Part shown: positions 19,818 to 31,859 of the stretch, one piece after another
Position numbering within the stretch: position 1 is the stretch's first letter
Layout of the letters: each line of letters opens with the position of its first letter
NCBI RefSeq assembly: GCF_000009045.1
Contig: NC_000964.3
Coordinates: forward strand, 4,183,607-4,215,606
From: Bacillus subtilis subsp. subtilis str. 168
Lineage (GTDB): Bacteria; Bacillota; Bacilli; Bacillales; Bacillaceae
Direction: 5' to 3'
DNA length: 32,000 bases
Notes under the pieces: model-generated
Databases searched by the model: none
Told to the model about the DNA's origin: nothing
The model's input: the letters and a program-made list of their open reading frames with translations, nothing else
Translations under genes and position numbers: made by a program

Positions 19818-20816
19818 TTATTTCCATTTACTCAAAATAGGATATAAGAGCAGACAAACTAACAAATACAAATTGAGCATCCCATATATCGGATACAAGA
19901 ACGCGATCAAATCAGAAAATCCGAAAGAAGTAAAAGGTACCATTAACACTAACAAAATCAACACAATCATCCATCTCGGCATATGAATAAACGCCATCAG
20001 CCGGCTGGACAAACCCAGCAAACCAGCTACCGTCGTCGTGTAAATCGCCAGGCACAGCACCGCCGTCATACATAAAAAAAGGAAATAAGGCGCACCCTCC
20101 AGAACGGCAAACAGCGGTATTTCAAACTGAGAAAGGGAGCCCGCCAGCTCCACCAACGTTTCATTATAAACAAATGAGATCACGCCAAAAATAAGACCGC
20201 TTGCCACACTTGCGATTTTTGCTTCTCCGAGCCCTTTCATCTCTTTCCCAACAGAGGATAAAATCGCAACAACTGAAAGGATGTTTAAAGAGGTAAACGT
20301 AATGCTCGCAGGCCAGTTATACTGCTGGGACAAATCAATCGTCCACGTATGGTGATGTGTGCTCTGAAAGGAGATCAGCGCATATAAAAGCCCCGCTACT
20401 AACACAGGAATCAAAATACTATTTATAGATAATATTCCTTTCACATCCCACAAAAACAAGCACACTGTCACGATGCAAATCAGCGTGATTCCCCACCAGA
20501 AAGGAAGCTTGTACATTTGCAGGGTCACACCGCCTCCGGCAATCATCACCATAGTCGTCGAAAACAAATAAAAAATGATGAGGACATCATAAATTTTCGC
20601 CAGCCATGGCCCCATTAAATGCTCCAGAACCGGCAGAAAATGAGTGGATTGAACCTTAAAACTGATTTTCATCACAATATAAGACGAGAAAATGAACATA
20701 ATTGTAAACAGCACAATAGCAAGTCCGCTTTCCGCCCCAAAAAACTGCCATATCTCCTGACCGCTCGCATATCCGGCCCCGATCAGGCTCCCTAATATGA
20801 GCAGCATCCACTTCAT
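19818..20816 (-). CDS. yyaD: Polytopic membrane protein, YkvI-like / APC-superfamily type
   Basis: ORF 19818..20903, likely start MKWMLLILGSLIGAGYASGQEIWQFFG. Confidence 0.85.
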   Translation of the reverse strand: MKWMLLILGSLIGAGYASGQEIWQFFGAESGLAIVLFTIMFIFSSYIVMKISFKVQSTHFLPVLEHLMGPWLAKIYDVLIIFYLFSTTMVMIAGGGVTLQMYKLPFWWGITLICIVTVCLFLWDVKGILSINSILIPVLVAGLLYALISFQSTHHHTWTIDLSQQYNWPASITFTSLNILSVVAILSSVGKEMKGLGEAKIASVASGLIFGVISFVYNETLVELAGSLSQFEIPLFAVLEGAPYFLFLCMTAVLCLAIYTTTVAGLLGLSSRLMAFIHMPRWMIVLILLVLMVPFTSFGFSDLIAFLYPIYGMLNLYLLVCLLLYPILSKWK

Positions 20817-20964
20817 TCCGGCTCTCCACAACACTATCACCTCATAGACAAAGTTCAGCTTGTTCCCGTTATTGTTACTATATAAATAAAGGAAAGCAAA
20901 CATGCCATATTTTCATAGACATTTGAACACAAGCTGAAATTATCATACGAAATACACATAAAAA

Positions 20965-20985
20965 AGACTGCTAATACGGCAGTCT
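20965..20985 (-). terminator. Terminator-like hairpin AGACTGC-taatacg-GCAGTCT with T-tract on the minus strand
   Basis: 7-bp stem flanked by A6/T runs; not at the end of any annotated gene. Confidence 0.5.
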
Positions 20986-21284
20986 AAAAAGAGATATTTA
21001 TTTGTTTGTCCGCGGAATGAAGAAGTGAACTTCACTCTTCACTTTTTTCTAACCATTCCTACCTATTCAAGTGTTTCATAAGCAGACCATTGCTTGATCA
21101 TGATCGAGGCAATGGGGGACAATACTTGTAATCGCCCACTAACCATTCATATCATGCCCTCTACTTTTTTAAAATCTCTGGTGCCATACACAAAGCATAA
21201 AAAATCATACTGCTGGATATACTGTAAACAACCTTACATAACTACACACACCATAGCAATTCTGTTACCTACTATAACAAGGAA

Positions 21285-21911
21285 GTGAAACCCATGAATC
21301 GAAAAGGCGGGCTTTTTTCTTCTCAGGAACGAGTAAAGCAATATGTTTCACATACAGATGCTGCAGCGGCAAAACAAATCCAAACCATCCTTTCTTCATC
21401 CTTACGTAAAGCTGCTGGCAAACCAATTGTCGTGGTTTGTATCGGAACAGACCGTTCAACCGGTGACTCATTAGGCCCGCTCGTAGGAATGAAACTCAAA
21501 CAGATGCAGCTCACCAGATTCCATGTCTACGGAACCTTATCTGACCCCGTCCATGCTGTGAACATGAAGGATAAAATCAATGACATTCATAAATTACATA
21601 AAAACCCATTTGTTATAGCAGTCGATGCATGCTTAGGCCGCGTTAAGAGTGTGGGTTCATTTCAAATCGGGGACGGGCCATTAAAGCCCGGAGCCGGTGT
21701 ACAAAAAGACCTTCCTGAAGTGGGAGATCTTCATATTAACGGAATCGTGAATGTGAGCGGTTTTATGGAATATTTTGTATTGCAAAATACTAGACTCAAC
21801 TTGGTCATGAATATGGCAAATGTTCTAGCGGAAGGTTTGAGTTTAACAGATCGGACAGAGTGGAGGCAAGAACGCCTTAACCCGTTGCAAAGGCTCACTG
21901 GGCGCATATAA
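21285..21911 (+). CDS. yyaC: DUF1256 / spore protease YyaC family protein
   Basis: 208 aa ORF; VVVCIGTDRSTGDSLGPLVGMKL...NPFVIAVDACLGR...SGFMEYFVLQNTRL. Confidence 0.93.
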   Translation: MKPMNRKGGLFSSQERVKQYVSHTDAAAAKQIQTILSSSLRKAAGKPIVVVCIGTDRSTGDSLGPLVGMKLKQMQLTRFHVYGTLSDPVHAVNMKDKINDIHKLHKNPFVIAVDACLGRVKSVGSFQIGDGPLKPGAGVQKDLPEVGDLHINGIVNVSGFMEYFVLQNTRLNLVMNMANVLAEGLSLTDRTEWRQERLNPLQRLTGRI

Positions 21912-21915
21912 AATA

Positions 21916-21944
21916 AAAACCATCTTCGTTTGAAAGATGGTTTT
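21916..21944. terminator. Bidirectional terminator between yyaC and spo0J
   Basis: AAAACCATCTT...AAGATGGTTTT stem. Confidence 0.85.
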
Positions 21945-21949
21945 TTCAT

Positions 21950-22798
21950 TTATGATTCTCGTTCAGACAAAAGCTCTAAAATCCGGTCAAGGTCTTCATT
22001 AGAGAAAAATTCAATTTCGATTTTGCCTTTTTTCTTCTGTCTTTTAATATTAACTGTTGTTCCAAAATAATTTTGGAGATAGGATTCCCGTTCTTTTAGA
22101 ACCGCATCTTTCACAGGTTCTTTTTTCTTTGTTTCACGTGGAACATTCTGATTCAACTGCTGAATCAGCTGCTCAAGTTGGCGAACATTGAGCTGCTCCG
22201 CAATCACTTTTTGTACCAGCGGTTCAAGCTTATTTTTGTTTTTTAAGCCAAGAAGCGTGCGTCCATGTCCCATAGAAAGCGTGCCTTCGGCAATAAGCTG
22301 TTGAATATTTTCTGGCAGTGTCAGCAGTCTTAAATGATTCGCAATATGCGGTCTGCTTTTCCCAAGACGTTTGGCAAGCTGCTCTTGTGTGAGATCTAAG
22401 TGTTTCAAAAGGGAGTCATATGCCTGAGCCTCTTCAAGCGGAGATAAATCTTCACGCTGAAGGTTTTCTAATAAAGCAATTTCCCTCATTAACGCCTCTG
22501 ATAATTCACGGACAATGGCCGGAACTGTATCTAAACCTGCCAGCTTTGCCGCTCGAAAACGCCGTTCACCCGCAACAATATCATAGCCTTTTAAAGATTT
22601 TCTGACGATAAGCGGCTGAAGAATGCCATGCTGCAGCACAGATTCTTTTAGTTCAGCTAATGCCTCGTCATCAAAGTGTTTTCTTGGCTGATAAGGATTA
22701 GGGCGTAAATCGGCAATTTTAATTTCTTCAACTGTCTCTTCAGACAAATCTACCTGATTAAATAACGCATTAATCCCTTTTCCAAGGCCTTTAGCCAT
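21950..22798 (-). CDS. spo0J (parB): Chromosome partitioning protein ParB/Spo0J
   Basis: [65 protein letters not shown]. Confidence 0.97.
   Translation of the reverse strand: MAKGLGKGINALFNQVDLSEETVEEIKIADLRPNPYQPRKHFDDEALAELKESVLQHGILQPLIVRKSLKGYDIVAGERRFRAAKLAGLDTVPAIVRELSEALMREIALLENLQREDLSPLEEAQAYDSLLKHLDLTQEQLAKRLGKSRPHIANHLRLLTLPENIQQLIAEGTLSMGHGRTLLGLKNKNKLEPLVQKVIAEQLNVRQLEQLIQQLNQNVPRETKKKEPVKDAVLKERESYLQNYFGTTVNIKRQKKKGKIEIEFFSNEDLDRILELLSERES
22130..22145. promoter_or_regulatory. parS site TGTTTCACGTGGAACA, reverse complement of consensus TGTTCCACGTGAAACA
   Basis: Exact 16-nt match inside spo0J. Confidence 0.97.
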
Positions 22799-23552
22799 TC
22801 GCAGCCACTTCCTTTGCTAAATCTAAATATACTTCCGCACCTCTTGACCGCGGATCGTATAAAATGATGGGTTTTCCGTGACTCGGTGCCTCACTCAGAC
22901 GGACATTACGCGGAATAACTGTCTTATATACTTTATCCCTAAAATACTTTTTAACCTCTTCAATCACTTGAATGCCAAGGTTTGTCCGGGCATCAAGCAT
23001 TGTCAGCAATACACCTTCAATCATTAAATCAGTATTCAAATGCTTTTGCACAAGACGTACTGTATTTAATAACTGGCTGAGACCCTCCAAGGCATAATAT
23101 TCGCACTGTACAGGAATCACAACGGAATCCGAGGCAGTAAGGGCATTAATCGTCAGCAAGCCCAATGACGGCGGACAATCAATGATAATATAATCATAAT
23201 TTTGCTTTACTGCTTCAAGCGCTCTCTTCAATCTCACTTCTCTTGATATTGTAGGAACCAGCTCGATCTCAGCCCCTGCAAGCTGAATCGTCGCAGGAAT
23301 CACATCCAAGTTCTCTACTGTCGTTGCTTTAATAATATCTATTACATCTGCATCATCTACTAAAATATCGTACACACACTGCTCTACATCGGCTTTTTCA
23401 ATCCCTAATCCGCTTGTCGCATTTCCCTGCGGATCAATATCTACCAGCAGAACCCTTTTCCCTATGTAAGCCAAACATGCCCCAAGGTTGACAGACGTCG
23501 TTGTTTTGCCGACCCCGCCTTTTTGGTTCGTAATTGCTATGATTTTTCCCAC
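22791..23552 (-). CDS. soj (parA): Chromosome partitioning ATPase ParA/Soj
   Basis: Likely non-ATG start at (V/M)[49 protein letters not shown]. Confidence 0.95.
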   Translation of the reverse strand: MGKIIAITNQKGGVGKTTTSVNLGACLAYIGKRVLLVDIDPQGNATSGLGIEKADVEQCVYDILVDDADVIDIIKATTVENLDVIPATIQLAGAEIELVPTISREVRLKRALEAVKQNYDYIIIDCPPSLGLLTINALTASDSVVIPVQCEYYALEGLSQLLNTVRLVQKHLNTDLMIEGVLLTMLDARTNLGIQVIEEVKKYFRDKVYKTVIPRNVRLSEAPSHGKPIILYDPRSRGAEVYLDLAKEVAANG

Positions 23553-23799
23553 GATGTCACCTACTTTCACATGAACATGTACTATCTTGCTTCTATTCTA
23601 TCAAAAAAAGATTAAAGCGTTTCATTTTTTTCATCATTTTGTTCCGAATCAGAAGGGAAATAATTGAAAATTCAAGCACGCTTTATGCTTTCTCTTATAA
23701 ATTCTGCAATTTCTATGTTTTTTTGACTTAAAAAAGGAATTTCTTAAAGAAAAAAAGAAGAAGTCACAGTACAGAACGTGGAAACAGGATGGTGAGAAA

Positions 23800-24240
23800 A
23801 TGGTTTATCAAACGAAGAGAGATGTACCCGTTACGCTGATGATTGTGTTTCTCATATTACTGATACAAGCAGATGCCATTGTTCCTTTTGTGCTGGGAAA
23901 TATGAGAGTTTCCGGCTGGATCATTTTTATTCTGCTGACTCTTTTAAATGGACTCATCATTTGGAGCTTTATTGACCTAAAATATGTATTGAAGGAACAC
24001 CATCTGATCATTAAAGCCGGATTGATCAAACATCAAATTCCTTATGAAAACATCGATAAAGTCGTTCAAAAAAAGAAACTATGGTCCGGTTTTCGTCTGA
24101 TCGGCTCTCGCCATGCCATCACAATATATTATCAGGGGGGATGGGGACATGCAGTAATTTCACCGCAAAAATCTGAAGAATTTATCCACAAGCTCAAAGA
24201 AAAGAATTCTAATATAATAATATTCACTAAAAGTAAGTGA
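23800..24240 (+). CDS. yyaB: Membrane protein with PH-like (YdbS/bPH) domain
   Basis: 146 aa ORF with two transmembrane segments, then LIKHQIPYENIDKVVQKKKLWSGFRLIGSRHAITI. Confidence 0.8.
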   Translation: MVYQTKRDVPVTLMIVFLILLIQADAIVPFVLGNMRVSGWIIFILLTLLNGLIIWSFIDLKYVLKEHHLIIKAGLIKHQIPYENIDKVVQKKKLWSGFRLIGSRHAITIYYQGGWGHAVISPQKSEEFIHKLKEKNSNIIIFTKSK

Positions 24241-24263
24241 TTACCTTTTGTTAAAAATATAAA

Positions 24264-24290
24264 AAGCTCTCCTGCTTTTCAGGAGAGCTT
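24264..24290. terminator. Bidirectional terminator AAGCTCTCCTG-cttt-CAGGAGAGCTT
   Basis: 11-bp perfect stem between convergent yyaB and noc. Confidence 0.92.
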
Positions 24291-25142
24291 CTATTTTGGT
24301 ATGCGAATCGTTAATTGAATATATTCTTCAAATTCTTCTTCTTCCGTATTCAATTTTACACCGCTGTCTTCCACCATTGATAGTGACTGGCGAATCGTGT
24401 TCATCGCAATTCTTGTATCTCTGCTGAATGCTTTGCGTCTCGGCTTTGGCTTTCTCTGGCCTTGCTCCAGCATTTTCACCACGCGGTCTTCTGTCTGCTT
24501 TACATTTAAACTTTTCTCAATAATCTCTGTGAGCAGTGTGACTTGGAGCTCAGGCTGTTTCAGCGGAATCAGTGCTCTGGCATGGCGCTCGGTGATTTTC
24601 TTCTCCATAATCGCCTCTTGGACCGGCTGAGGCAGCTTTAATAACCGAAGCTTATTCGCGATTGTAGACTGCCCTTTTCCTAAGCGCTGTGCGAGTGCCT
24701 CCTGTGTTAAATCATGCAGCTCAAGCAGCCTAGCATAAGCATGCGCTTCCTCAATAGAAGACAGTTCTTCCCGCTGCAAGTTTTCGATTAACGCCACAGA
24801 AGCGGTTTCCGTGTCGGAAAAATCCTTAATAATTGCCGGAATCTTTTCCCACTCAAGCGATTGCACCGCTCTCCAGCGTCTTTCACCTGCAATGAGTTCG
24901 TATTGGCCTTCTTCTTCTGTATGCCTAACAACAATCGGCTGAATAATGCCGTGTGTATGAATGGTCATTGCTAACTCTTTGATTTTTTCATCTGAGAAAA
25001 TGGTGCGTGGCTGAAAACGGTTGGGAACGATAGCATTTACCGGTATTTCCAGAATCTCTTCTTTGTTTGTATCATGTTCAGCAATCTCCGGCTCCTGTTC
25101 CTTCTCACCAAGCCCGAAGAAACGAGAGAATGAATGCTTCAT
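24291..25142 (-). CDS. noc (yyaA): Nucleoid occlusion protein Noc (ParB paralog)
   Basis: [58 protein letters not shown]. Confidence 0.96.
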   Translation of the reverse strand: MKHSFSRFFGLGEKEQEPEIAEHDTNKEEILEIPVNAIVPNRFQPRTIFSDEKIKELAMTIHTHGIIQPIVVRHTEEEGQYELIAGERRWRAVQSLEWEKIPAIIKDFSDTETASVALIENLQREELSSIEEAHAYARLLELHDLTQEALAQRLGKGQSTIANKLRLLKLPQPVQEAIMEKKITERHARALIPLKQPELQVTLLTEIIEKSLNVKQTEDRVVKMLEQGQRKPKPRRKAFSRDTRIAMNTIRQSLSMVEDSGVKLNTEEEEFEEYIQLTIRIPK

Positions 25143-25263
25143 GTACCTACACCACCTTTAAAAACTGCCATTTTTATAATTCTATTTTCTCATGGTTTTT
25201 CCTGCTGTACATCCATCAATTTTGATGAAAATATGATGGTATTGTCATATCAGGCTGTCTAAA

Positions 25264-25983
25264 TTACCCTTCAATTGGCGATTTATTAGGAGTTCCCGGT
25301 TTTCTTGGATACTTCTTAGGTGTATTTTTTATTTTGCGTATCACCATAATATTACGATCGCTTTCTTCAATAGGCAGCTTAAAAGAATGGATATTCTCAA
25401 GTTCTCCTCCAAGCGTCGTGATTGCTTTTTTGCCTGCATTCAGTTCTTCTTCAGCTGATGCGGCTTTTAAAGCAACAAATAAACCGTTTTTCTTCACCAG
25501 AGGCAAGCAAAGCTCACTCAAAACAGATAATCTCGCAACTGCGCGCGCCGTCACAATATCATAGCTTTCACGCACGTCTTTCCGTTGCCCGAACGTTTCA
25601 GCTCTGTCATGGCAGAATGTTGTATTCTCCAATTGCAAAGCTTCAGACAACTTTTCTAAAAACGTAATCCGTTTGTTTAGTGAATCCACGATTGTGACAT
25701 GGAGGTGCGGAAAGCATATTTTTATCGGCAGACTTGGAAAACCCGCTCCCGCTCCAACATCACAAATCGTGTTCACCTGATTGAAGTCGACATAAAAAGC
25801 AGCTGTAATGGAATCATAAAAATGCTTTAAATACACTTCTTTTTTCTCTGTTATTGAAGTCAGATTGATTTTTTCGTTCCATTCAACCAGCATGTCGTAA
25901 TACAGCTCAAATTGCTCCAGCTGACGGGGAGAAAGGGAGATCCCTTTTTCCGCCAAACCAGAAGTGAATTCTTCAATATTCAT
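25264..25983 (-). CDS. rsmG (gidB): 16S rRNA (guanine-N7) methyltransferase
   Basis: [45 protein letters not shown]...[14 protein letters not shown]. Confidence 0.96.
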   Translation of the reverse strand: MNIEEFTSGLAEKGISLSPRQLEQFELYYDMLVEWNEKINLTSITEKKEVYLKHFYDSITAAFYVDFNQVNTICDVGAGAGFPSLPIKICFPHLHVTIVDSLNKRITFLEKLSEALQLENTTFCHDRAETFGQRKDVRESYDIVTARAVARLSVLSELCLPLVKKNGLFVALKAASAEEELNAGKKAITTLGGELENIHSFKLPIEESDRNIMVIRKIKNTPKKYPRKPGTPNKSPIEG

Positions 25984-25996
25984 GCCGTCATCCTTT

Positions 25997-27883
25997 CTAC
26001 TCGGCTATCTTCGCAATGCGTCCCTGCTCTAAATACACCAATAGAATTGAAATGTCCGCCGGGTTTACACCGGAAATGCGGGAAGCCTGGGCAACAGACA
26101 AAGGCCGTACATTTTTCAGTTTTTGACGCGCCTCGGTCGCAATCCCCTTAATTGCGTCATAATCAATTCGGTCTGGAATTTTTTTATTTTCCATCTTCTT
26201 CAGTTTTTCCACTTGCTGAAGAGATTTTTCAATATATCCTTCATATTTCACTTGGATTTCTACTTGTTCTGCCACGTCTTGAGGAACCGGCACTTCTGGC
26301 GGCGCCAGTTTTGTGACTGTTTCATAGTTCATTTCAGGACGTTTCATCAAGTCTGTGCCGCGAACTCCATCTTTCAATTCGCTTCCGCCAAGAGAACGGA
26401 TATATTCTTGATTTTCCGGAGACGGCTTGATAATTACAGAATGAAGACGTTTTTTCTCCGCCTCGATCGCCGCTTTTTTCTTCTCAAAAGCCGCATAGCG
26501 CTCATCAGAAATCAATCCAATGCGATGTCCGATTTCTGTCAGACGCAAATCAGCATTGTCATGGCGAAGCAGCAATCTGTATTCCGCACGTGATGTCAAA
26601 AGACGATATGGCTCATTGGTACCTTTTGTCACAAGGTCATCAATCAGAACACCAATATAGGCGTCAGAACGGCTTAGAATTACTTCTTCTTTTCCAAGCG
26701 CTTTTCGTCCTGCATTGATTCCCGCCATAATCCCTTGTCCCGCAGCTTCTTCATAACCGGATGTTCCGTTAATTTGGCCTGCAGTATAAAGGTTTGTGAT
26801 TTTTTTGGTTTCAAGTGTCGGCCATAGCTGTGTCGGTACGATTGCATCATACTCGATCGCATAGCCGGCTCTCATCATTTGCACGTTTTCAAGTCCAGGA
26901 ATCGTTGCAAGCATTCTTTGCTGTACGTCTTCTGGAAGACTTGTAGATAAACCTTGGACATAGACTTCCTGTGTATTTCTGCCTTCCGGCTCAAGGAAGA
27001 TTTGGTGACGCGGTTTATCATTAAAACGGACAACTTTGTCTTCAATGGATGGGCAGTATCTTGGGCCCGTACCTTTGATCATACCGGAATACATCGGTGA
27101 ACGGTGCAGGTTGCTGTCAATAATCTCATGTGTCTCAGGGCTTGTATATGTCAGCCAGCAAGGGAGCTGATCTGTGATATATTCCACTGTTTCATATGAG
27201 AAAGCGCGAGGCACATCGTCACCAGGCTGAATTTCCGTTTTGCTGTAATCAATCGTGTCGCTTTTAACGCGAGGCGGCGTACCTGTTTTAAAACGAACAA
27301 GGTCAAAACCGAGTTCCTCCAAATGCTCAGAAAGCTTAATAGAAGGCTGCTGGTTATTCGGGCCGCTTGAGTAAGACAGATCGCCAAGAATGATACGTCC
27401 TCTTAAATATGTCCCTGTCGTCATGACAACTGCTTTCGCACGATAATGTGCGCCTGTTTGTGTAATAACGCCTCGGCATTCGCCGTCTTCAACGATCAGC
27501 CGCTCCACAATTCCTTGCAGCAATGTTAAGTTTGGTTCTTTTTCAAGCGTATTTTTCATTTCGTGCTGATATTGGAATTTGTCTGCTTGCGCACGCAATG
27601 CACGAACCGCAGGACCTTTTCCTGTATTCAGCATTCTCATTTGAATATGTGTTTTATCGATGTTTCTTCCCATTTCTCCGCCGAGCGCGTCAATTTCGCG
27701 GACGACAATCCCTTTTGCGGGGCCGCCGACAGACGGATTACATGGCATAAATGCAACCATATCTAGGTTGATGGTCAAGACAAGCGTTTTGGCGCCTTGG
27801 CGTGCAGATGCGAGGGCAGCCTCAACACCGGCATGCCCGGCGCCAATCACAATCACATCGTATTGGCCTGCTTCATACCCCAT
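25997..27883 (-). CDS. mnmG (gidA): tRNA uridine 5-carboxymethylaminomethyl modification enzyme MnmG
   Basis: [58 protein letters not shown]. Confidence 0.98.
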   Translation of the reverse strand: MGYEAGQYDVIVIGAGHAGVEAALASARQGAKTLVLTINLDMVAFMPCNPSVGGPAKGIVVREIDALGGEMGRNIDKTHIQMRMLNTGKGPAVRALRAQADKFQYQHEMKNTLEKEPNLTLLQGIVERLIVEDGECRGVITQTGAHYRAKAVVMTTGTYLRGRIILGDLSYSSGPNNQQPSIKLSEHLEELGFDLVRFKTGTPPRVKSDTIDYSKTEIQPGDDVPRAFSYETVEYITDQLPCWLTYTSPETHEIIDSNLHRSPMYSGMIKGTGPRYCPSIEDKVVRFNDKPRHQIFLEPEGRNTQEVYVQGLSTSLPEDVQQRMLATIPGLENVQMMRAGYAIEYDAIVPTQLWPTLETKKITNLYTAGQINGTSGYEEAAGQGIMAGINAGRKALGKEEVILSRSDAYIGVLIDDLVTKGTNEPYRLLTSRAEYRLLLRHDNADLRLTEIGHRIGLISDERYAAFEKKKAAIEAEKKRLHSVIIKPSPENQEYIRSLGGSELKDGVRGTDLMKRPEMNYETVTKLAPPEVPVPQDVAEQVEIQVKYEGYIEKSLQQVEKLKKMENKKIPDRIDYDAIKGIATEARQKLKNVRPLSVAQASRISGVNPADISILLVYLEQGRIAKIAE

Positions 27884-27903
27884 GATTCTAGTTCCTCCTT
27901 TAA

Positions 27904-29283
27904 TTATTTTCCTAAACAGAATTGAGAAAAGAGCTGATCAATTAAGCTTTCGTGGACAGAATCTCCAATGATTTCCCCTAAAAGCTCCCAGCATCTTGTA
28001 AGGTCAATTTGCACCATGTCGATCGGGACATCCTGTTCGATGCCGCTAAGCGCATCTTCAATGGCGCGTTTTGCTTGCTGTAAAATAGTGATGTGACGTG
28101 TGTTGCTGACATAAGTCAGATCACCGCTTTCAATGGCACCCGTGTAGAACAGTGATTGAATCGCTTCTTCCAGATCATTGATGCCTTCCTCTTTTAAAAG
28201 AGATGTCGTAACAACTGGACGTCCATTGGCAAGCTCACGGACACGTTCAGTGTCAATCTTCGGCTCAAGGTCAGTCTTATTCAAAATCACGATAACATCC
28301 ATGCCCTCAACGGCTTCAAAAAGCTTCACGTCTTCTTCAGAAAGCTCTTCACTATAATTAAGCACAAGTAAAATCAGGTCCGCTTCCTTTAGGACCTGGC
28401 GAGAACGTTCAACACCGATTCGCTCAACAATATCCTCTGTTTCACGAATACCTGCTGTATCAACCAGACGAAGCGGAACGCCCCTTACATTCACGTATTC
28501 CTCAATCACATCCCGTGTCGTTCCGGGAATATCGGTTACAATGGCTTTTGCCTCATGAACGAGGCTGTTCAGAAGAGATGATTTTCCTACGTTTGGCCGG
28601 CCGATAATGACGGTAGAAAGACCTTCACGCAAGATTTTTCCTTGCTCAGAAGTCCTCAGCAGCGTCTCAATTTCCTTTTTCACGGCGGTTGCCTTTTCGA
28701 CTAAAATCTGATGCGTCATTTCCTCTACATCATCATACTCCGGATAATCAATATTCACCTCAACATGGGCCAGTGTTTCTAAAATCTCACTGCGCAAACG
28801 GCGCACCAAAGCAGAAAGACGCCCTTCCATTTGATTCATAGCAACGTTCATTGCCCGGTCCGTTTTCGCTCTGATTAAGTCCATAACCGCTTCCGCCTGT
28901 GAAAGATCGATTCGGCCGTTTAAAAACGCACGTTTCGTAAATTCACCAGGCTCTGCCAGTCTCGCTCCCTCTCTCAATGCAAGCTGAAGCACTTGGTTCA
29001 CAGTCACAATTCCCCCGTGACAGTTAATCTCGATGACATCTTCTCGTGTAAAAGTTCTCGGCGCTTTTAACACTGATACCATTACTTCCTCAACGACACG
29101 ATCCGAAGGTCTGTCTACGATATGACCATAATGAATCGTATGTGATTCGACCGAGCTGAGTGTTTTCCCCTTCGGTCCCTTATAAATTTTATCTGCGATT
29201 TGAATGGCTTCTGGTCCGCTCAACCGTACAATCGCAATCGCGCCTTCTCCCATCGGTGTGGAAATTGCCGCAATTGTATCCAT
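27904..29283 (-). CDS. mnmE (trmE, thdF): tRNA modification GTPase MnmE
   Basis: [23 protein letters not shown]...[14 protein letters not shown]...CIGK-type C-terminus FCLGK. Confidence 0.97.
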   Translation of the reverse strand: MDTIAAISTPMGEGAIAIVRLSGPEAIQIADKIYKGPKGKTLSSVESHTIHYGHIVDRPSDRVVEEVMVSVLKAPRTFTREDVIEINCHGGIVTVNQVLQLALREGARLAEPGEFTKRAFLNGRIDLSQAEAVMDLIRAKTDRAMNVAMNQMEGRLSALVRRLRSEILETLAHVEVNIDYPEYDDVEEMTHQILVEKATAVKKEIETLLRTSEQGKILREGLSTVIIGRPNVGKSSLLNSLVHEAKAIVTDIPGTTRDVIEEYVNVRGVPLRLVDTAGIRETEDIVERIGVERSRQVLKEADLILLVLNYSEELSEEDVKLFEAVEGMDVIVILNKTDLEPKIDTERVRELANGRPVVTTSLLKEEGINDLEEAIQSLFYTGAIESGDLTYVSNTRHITILQQAKRAIEDALSGIEQDVPIDMVQIDLTRCWELLGEIIGDSVHESLIDQLFSQFCLGK

Positions 29284-29382
29284 GTTGTTCACCTCTCTTT
29301 ACTTATACTTCATCTATATAAAAAAATTTTTATTATGCCAAAACTAAAAGATAACATAGTTTGGTTCGAAGTGGAAGATTTG

Positions 29383-29478
29383 TTATCCACAGAAATAGAA
29401 ATTCGTCCCTTATTACTTTAACTTATCCACATGTGAATAACAATTAATTTTATTTCCTGAACTTCCTTTTTATCAACA
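29383..29478. promoter_or_regulatory. Cluster of DnaA-box sequences: TTATCCACA (29383-29391), TTATCCACA/TGTGAATAA inverted pair (29423-29440), TTATCAACA (29470-29478)
   Basis: Two perfect consensus DnaA boxes and two one-mismatch boxes in 96 bp of AT-rich intergenic DNA. Confidence 0.8.
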
Positions 29479-29558
29479 GGATACACCTAAAAAGAAAAAA
29501 CTTAAACGGCAAAACCTTGATATTACTAGGAAAAGTAGATTTTTCGGATACAAAAAAA

Positions 29559-29586
29559 CCGAAATCCAATTTTTATCGGACTTCGG
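29559..29586 (-). terminator. jag terminator CCGAAgTCC...GGATTTCGG with T-tract
   Basis: 9-bp stem with one mismatch, followed by TTTTTTTG on the minus strand. Confidence 0.75.
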
Positions 29587-29593
29587 TTTTATG

Positions 29594-30220
29594 CTATCTT
29601 TTATGGGAAATAACGAGATGACGATTTTCGCCTTCACCCATTGAATATGTTTTGATCTGGTGGTTTGCATATCCAGAAAGAGTATCGTGAATAATTTTTC
29701 TTTCGCTGGACGGCATGGGCTCAAGCTGGATGGATTTTTTCGTTTTCAAAACCTGGTCAGCAAGCTTGATGGCCAGCTGGCTCAGTGTTTCTTTTCTTTT
29801 CAAACGATAGTTTTCTGCATCCACCGTCACATTTTTATATTGGCCTGGATAACGGTTAAGGGCAAGCTGTGTCAAAGTTTCAAGGGCGTTTAAAGTTTGT
29901 CCTCTTTTCCCAATCAACAATGCTGCCTTTTCACCTGTTATATGATATCTCACTGTCTTTTTGCTTTCTTGAACAGTCACATCAGACTTCCCGGCAATGG
30001 CTTCGGCAATCGTTTGAAGATATAACTTCGCTTGCTGAATCGGATCAATCTTTTCAACCAGCTTTACGATCGCAGGCTTTTTACCGAAAATACCGAGAAA
30101 CCCTTTGTTTCCCTCTTCAATAACAGTAATTTCTACCTTATCCTTCGTTAATCCCAACTCTTGCAATCCGGACTGTACTGCTTCATCGACATTTCGCCCT
30201 GCAGCAGTCACATTCCTCAC
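29594..30220 (-). CDS. jag: KhpB/Jag RNA-binding protein
   Basis: [51 protein letters not shown]-terminal R3H-like region. Confidence 0.96.
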   Translation of the reverse strand: MRNVTAAGRNVDEAVQSGLQELGLTKDKVEITVIEEGNKGFLGIFGKKPAIVKLVEKIDPIQQAKLYLQTIAEAIAGKSDVTVQESKKTVRYHITGEKAALLIGKRGQTLNALETLTQLALNRYPGQYKNVTVDAENYRLKRKETLSQLAIKLADQVLKTKKSIQLEPMPSSERKIIHDTLSGYANHQIKTYSMGEGENRHLVISHKR

Positions 30221-31002
30221 TTTTTCTTTCCTCCGGCTTTTTGCGGCTCAGGATTTTTTTTAATATCAGGTCCTTTAATGAGGAAAGTTTGCGCAATCAT
30301 AAACAAGTTACCAACTACCCAATAAAGAGAAAGAGCCGCCGGGAAGTTGATCGCAAATACGATAATCATAATTGGCATAATCCAAAGCATCATCGCCATT
30401 TGCGGATTTTGCTGCGCATTGCCAGCCATCATCAGTTTTTGCTGAACAAATGTAGCGACACCGGCAACGATAGGAAGAATATAGTAAGGATCTTTTTCTC
30501 CTAAGTCAAACCATAAGAAGCTATGCTCTGAAATCGCCTGGGTTCTCATGATCGCATGATAGAATCCAATTAAAATCGGCATCTGGATCAAAATCGGGAA
30601 ACATCCCGCCAATGGATTGACACCATGCTTTTGGAATAAAGCCATTGTTTCCTGTTGAAGCTTTTGCTGCGTTTTTTGATCCTTTGAGCTGTATTTTTCT
30701 TTAAGCTTTTGCATTTCCGGCTGTAAAGCCTGCATCGCTTTCGAACTTCTCAGCTGCTTAATCATCAGCGGTAAAATTAATAAACGAATTAAAATGGTAA
30801 CTAGAATAATTGAAAGCCCGTAGTTATCTCCCGTCAATTTCGCTACATACGTAATGAGCTCAGACAATGGATATACTACGTACTTGTCCCAGAAATGCGG
30901 ACTATCTGCAGTGATCGGCTCTTTCACACTCGAGCATCCAGCCAAAAGCATGAATACGCCAACCATACTTAATAGCAACCCTATTCTCCTTTTCAACAAC
31001 AT
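30217..31002 (-). CDS. spoIIIJ: Membrane protein insertase OxaA1/YidC1
   Basis: [30 protein letters not shown] lipobox; YidC/Oxa core [17 protein letters not shown]. Confidence 0.97.
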   Translation of the reverse strand: MLLKRRIGLLLSMVGVFMLLAGCSSVKEPITADSPHFWDKYVVYPLSELITYVAKLTGDNYGLSIILVTILIRLLILPLMIKQLRSSKAMQALQPEMQKLKEKYSSKDQKTQQKLQQETMALFQKHGVNPLAGCFPILIQMPILIGFYHAIMRTQAISEHSFLWFDLGEKDPYYILPIVAGVATFVQQKLMMAGNAQQNPQMAMMLWIMPIMIIVFAINFPAALSLYWVVGNLFMIAQTFLIKGPDIKKNPEPQKAGGKKK

Positions 31003-31146
31003 TTCCTCCTATAATTAATCTTTACACTCTTTTATTGCAAAGCATACTTGTATGTATTTTAGCATCTTTCAGTTTTAAATGGTGTCTTTTTCTGATCAAC
31101 CAGAAAGGAAGCGCTTTTAAAAGTTGTAAGAAAGCAGTGGTGATGC

Positions 31147-31506
31147 CTACTTTGACGAAGATTTCTTATATAATGAAGACTTTCTGAATAGATGCTGCAG
31201 ACTTTTTTTCGTTTCCTCATATGTCAGCTGGCTCGCCGGTTTTCTGGCAATAATGATGTAATCCTTTTCCTTCAGTCTCTCTTTCTCTTCAAGAAAGGCC
31301 TGCCGAATCAAACGTTTGATCCGATTTCGCATCACAGCATTGCCAATTTTTTTGCTGACGGAAAGCCCGACACGCAGTTCATCATTTTCAGGCTGATCAA
31401 GCGTATATAAGACAAACTGGCGGTTTGCAACTGATGTCCCATGTTTAAACACTTTTTGAAAATCTTCATTTTTCTTTAAACGATTTCGCTTCTTCAAATG
31501 ACTCAC
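31147..31506 (-). CDS. rnpA: Ribonuclease P protein component
   Basis: [23 protein letters not shown]...[29 protein letters not shown]. Confidence 0.97.
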
Positions 31507-31648
31507 TCCGATACTGGCTGGCAGAAACTTTTAAAATTTATTATGAACATGAGATGCATCTGAACCAGGAAGCATGCCCCGGTTCATTACGCATCACATC
31601 TATCTTTTCCCATAACGTGAAAAAAGACCACTGACATTATTCAGTGGC

Positions 31649-31786
<138 letters not shown>

Positions 31787-31829
31787 TGACACCTCCCTCG
31801 AGGAATAGCTGTTAAAGACAGTCTTACTT

Positions 31830-31859
31830 ATTATATTTGCGTTACCTATTCATTGTCAA
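31830..31859 (-). promoter_or_regulatory. Sigma-A promoter upstream of rpmH: TTGACA - 18 bp - TATAAT
   Basis: Both hexamers are perfect consensus on the minus strand. Confidence 0.85.

Noticed and set aside
17000-28000. Numerous 60-170 aa plus-strand ORFs opposite ychF, yyaE, mnmG and mnmE (e.g. 16547..17062, 26123..26593)
   Set aside because: Reverse-complement reading of long conserved genes; no RBS or family support.
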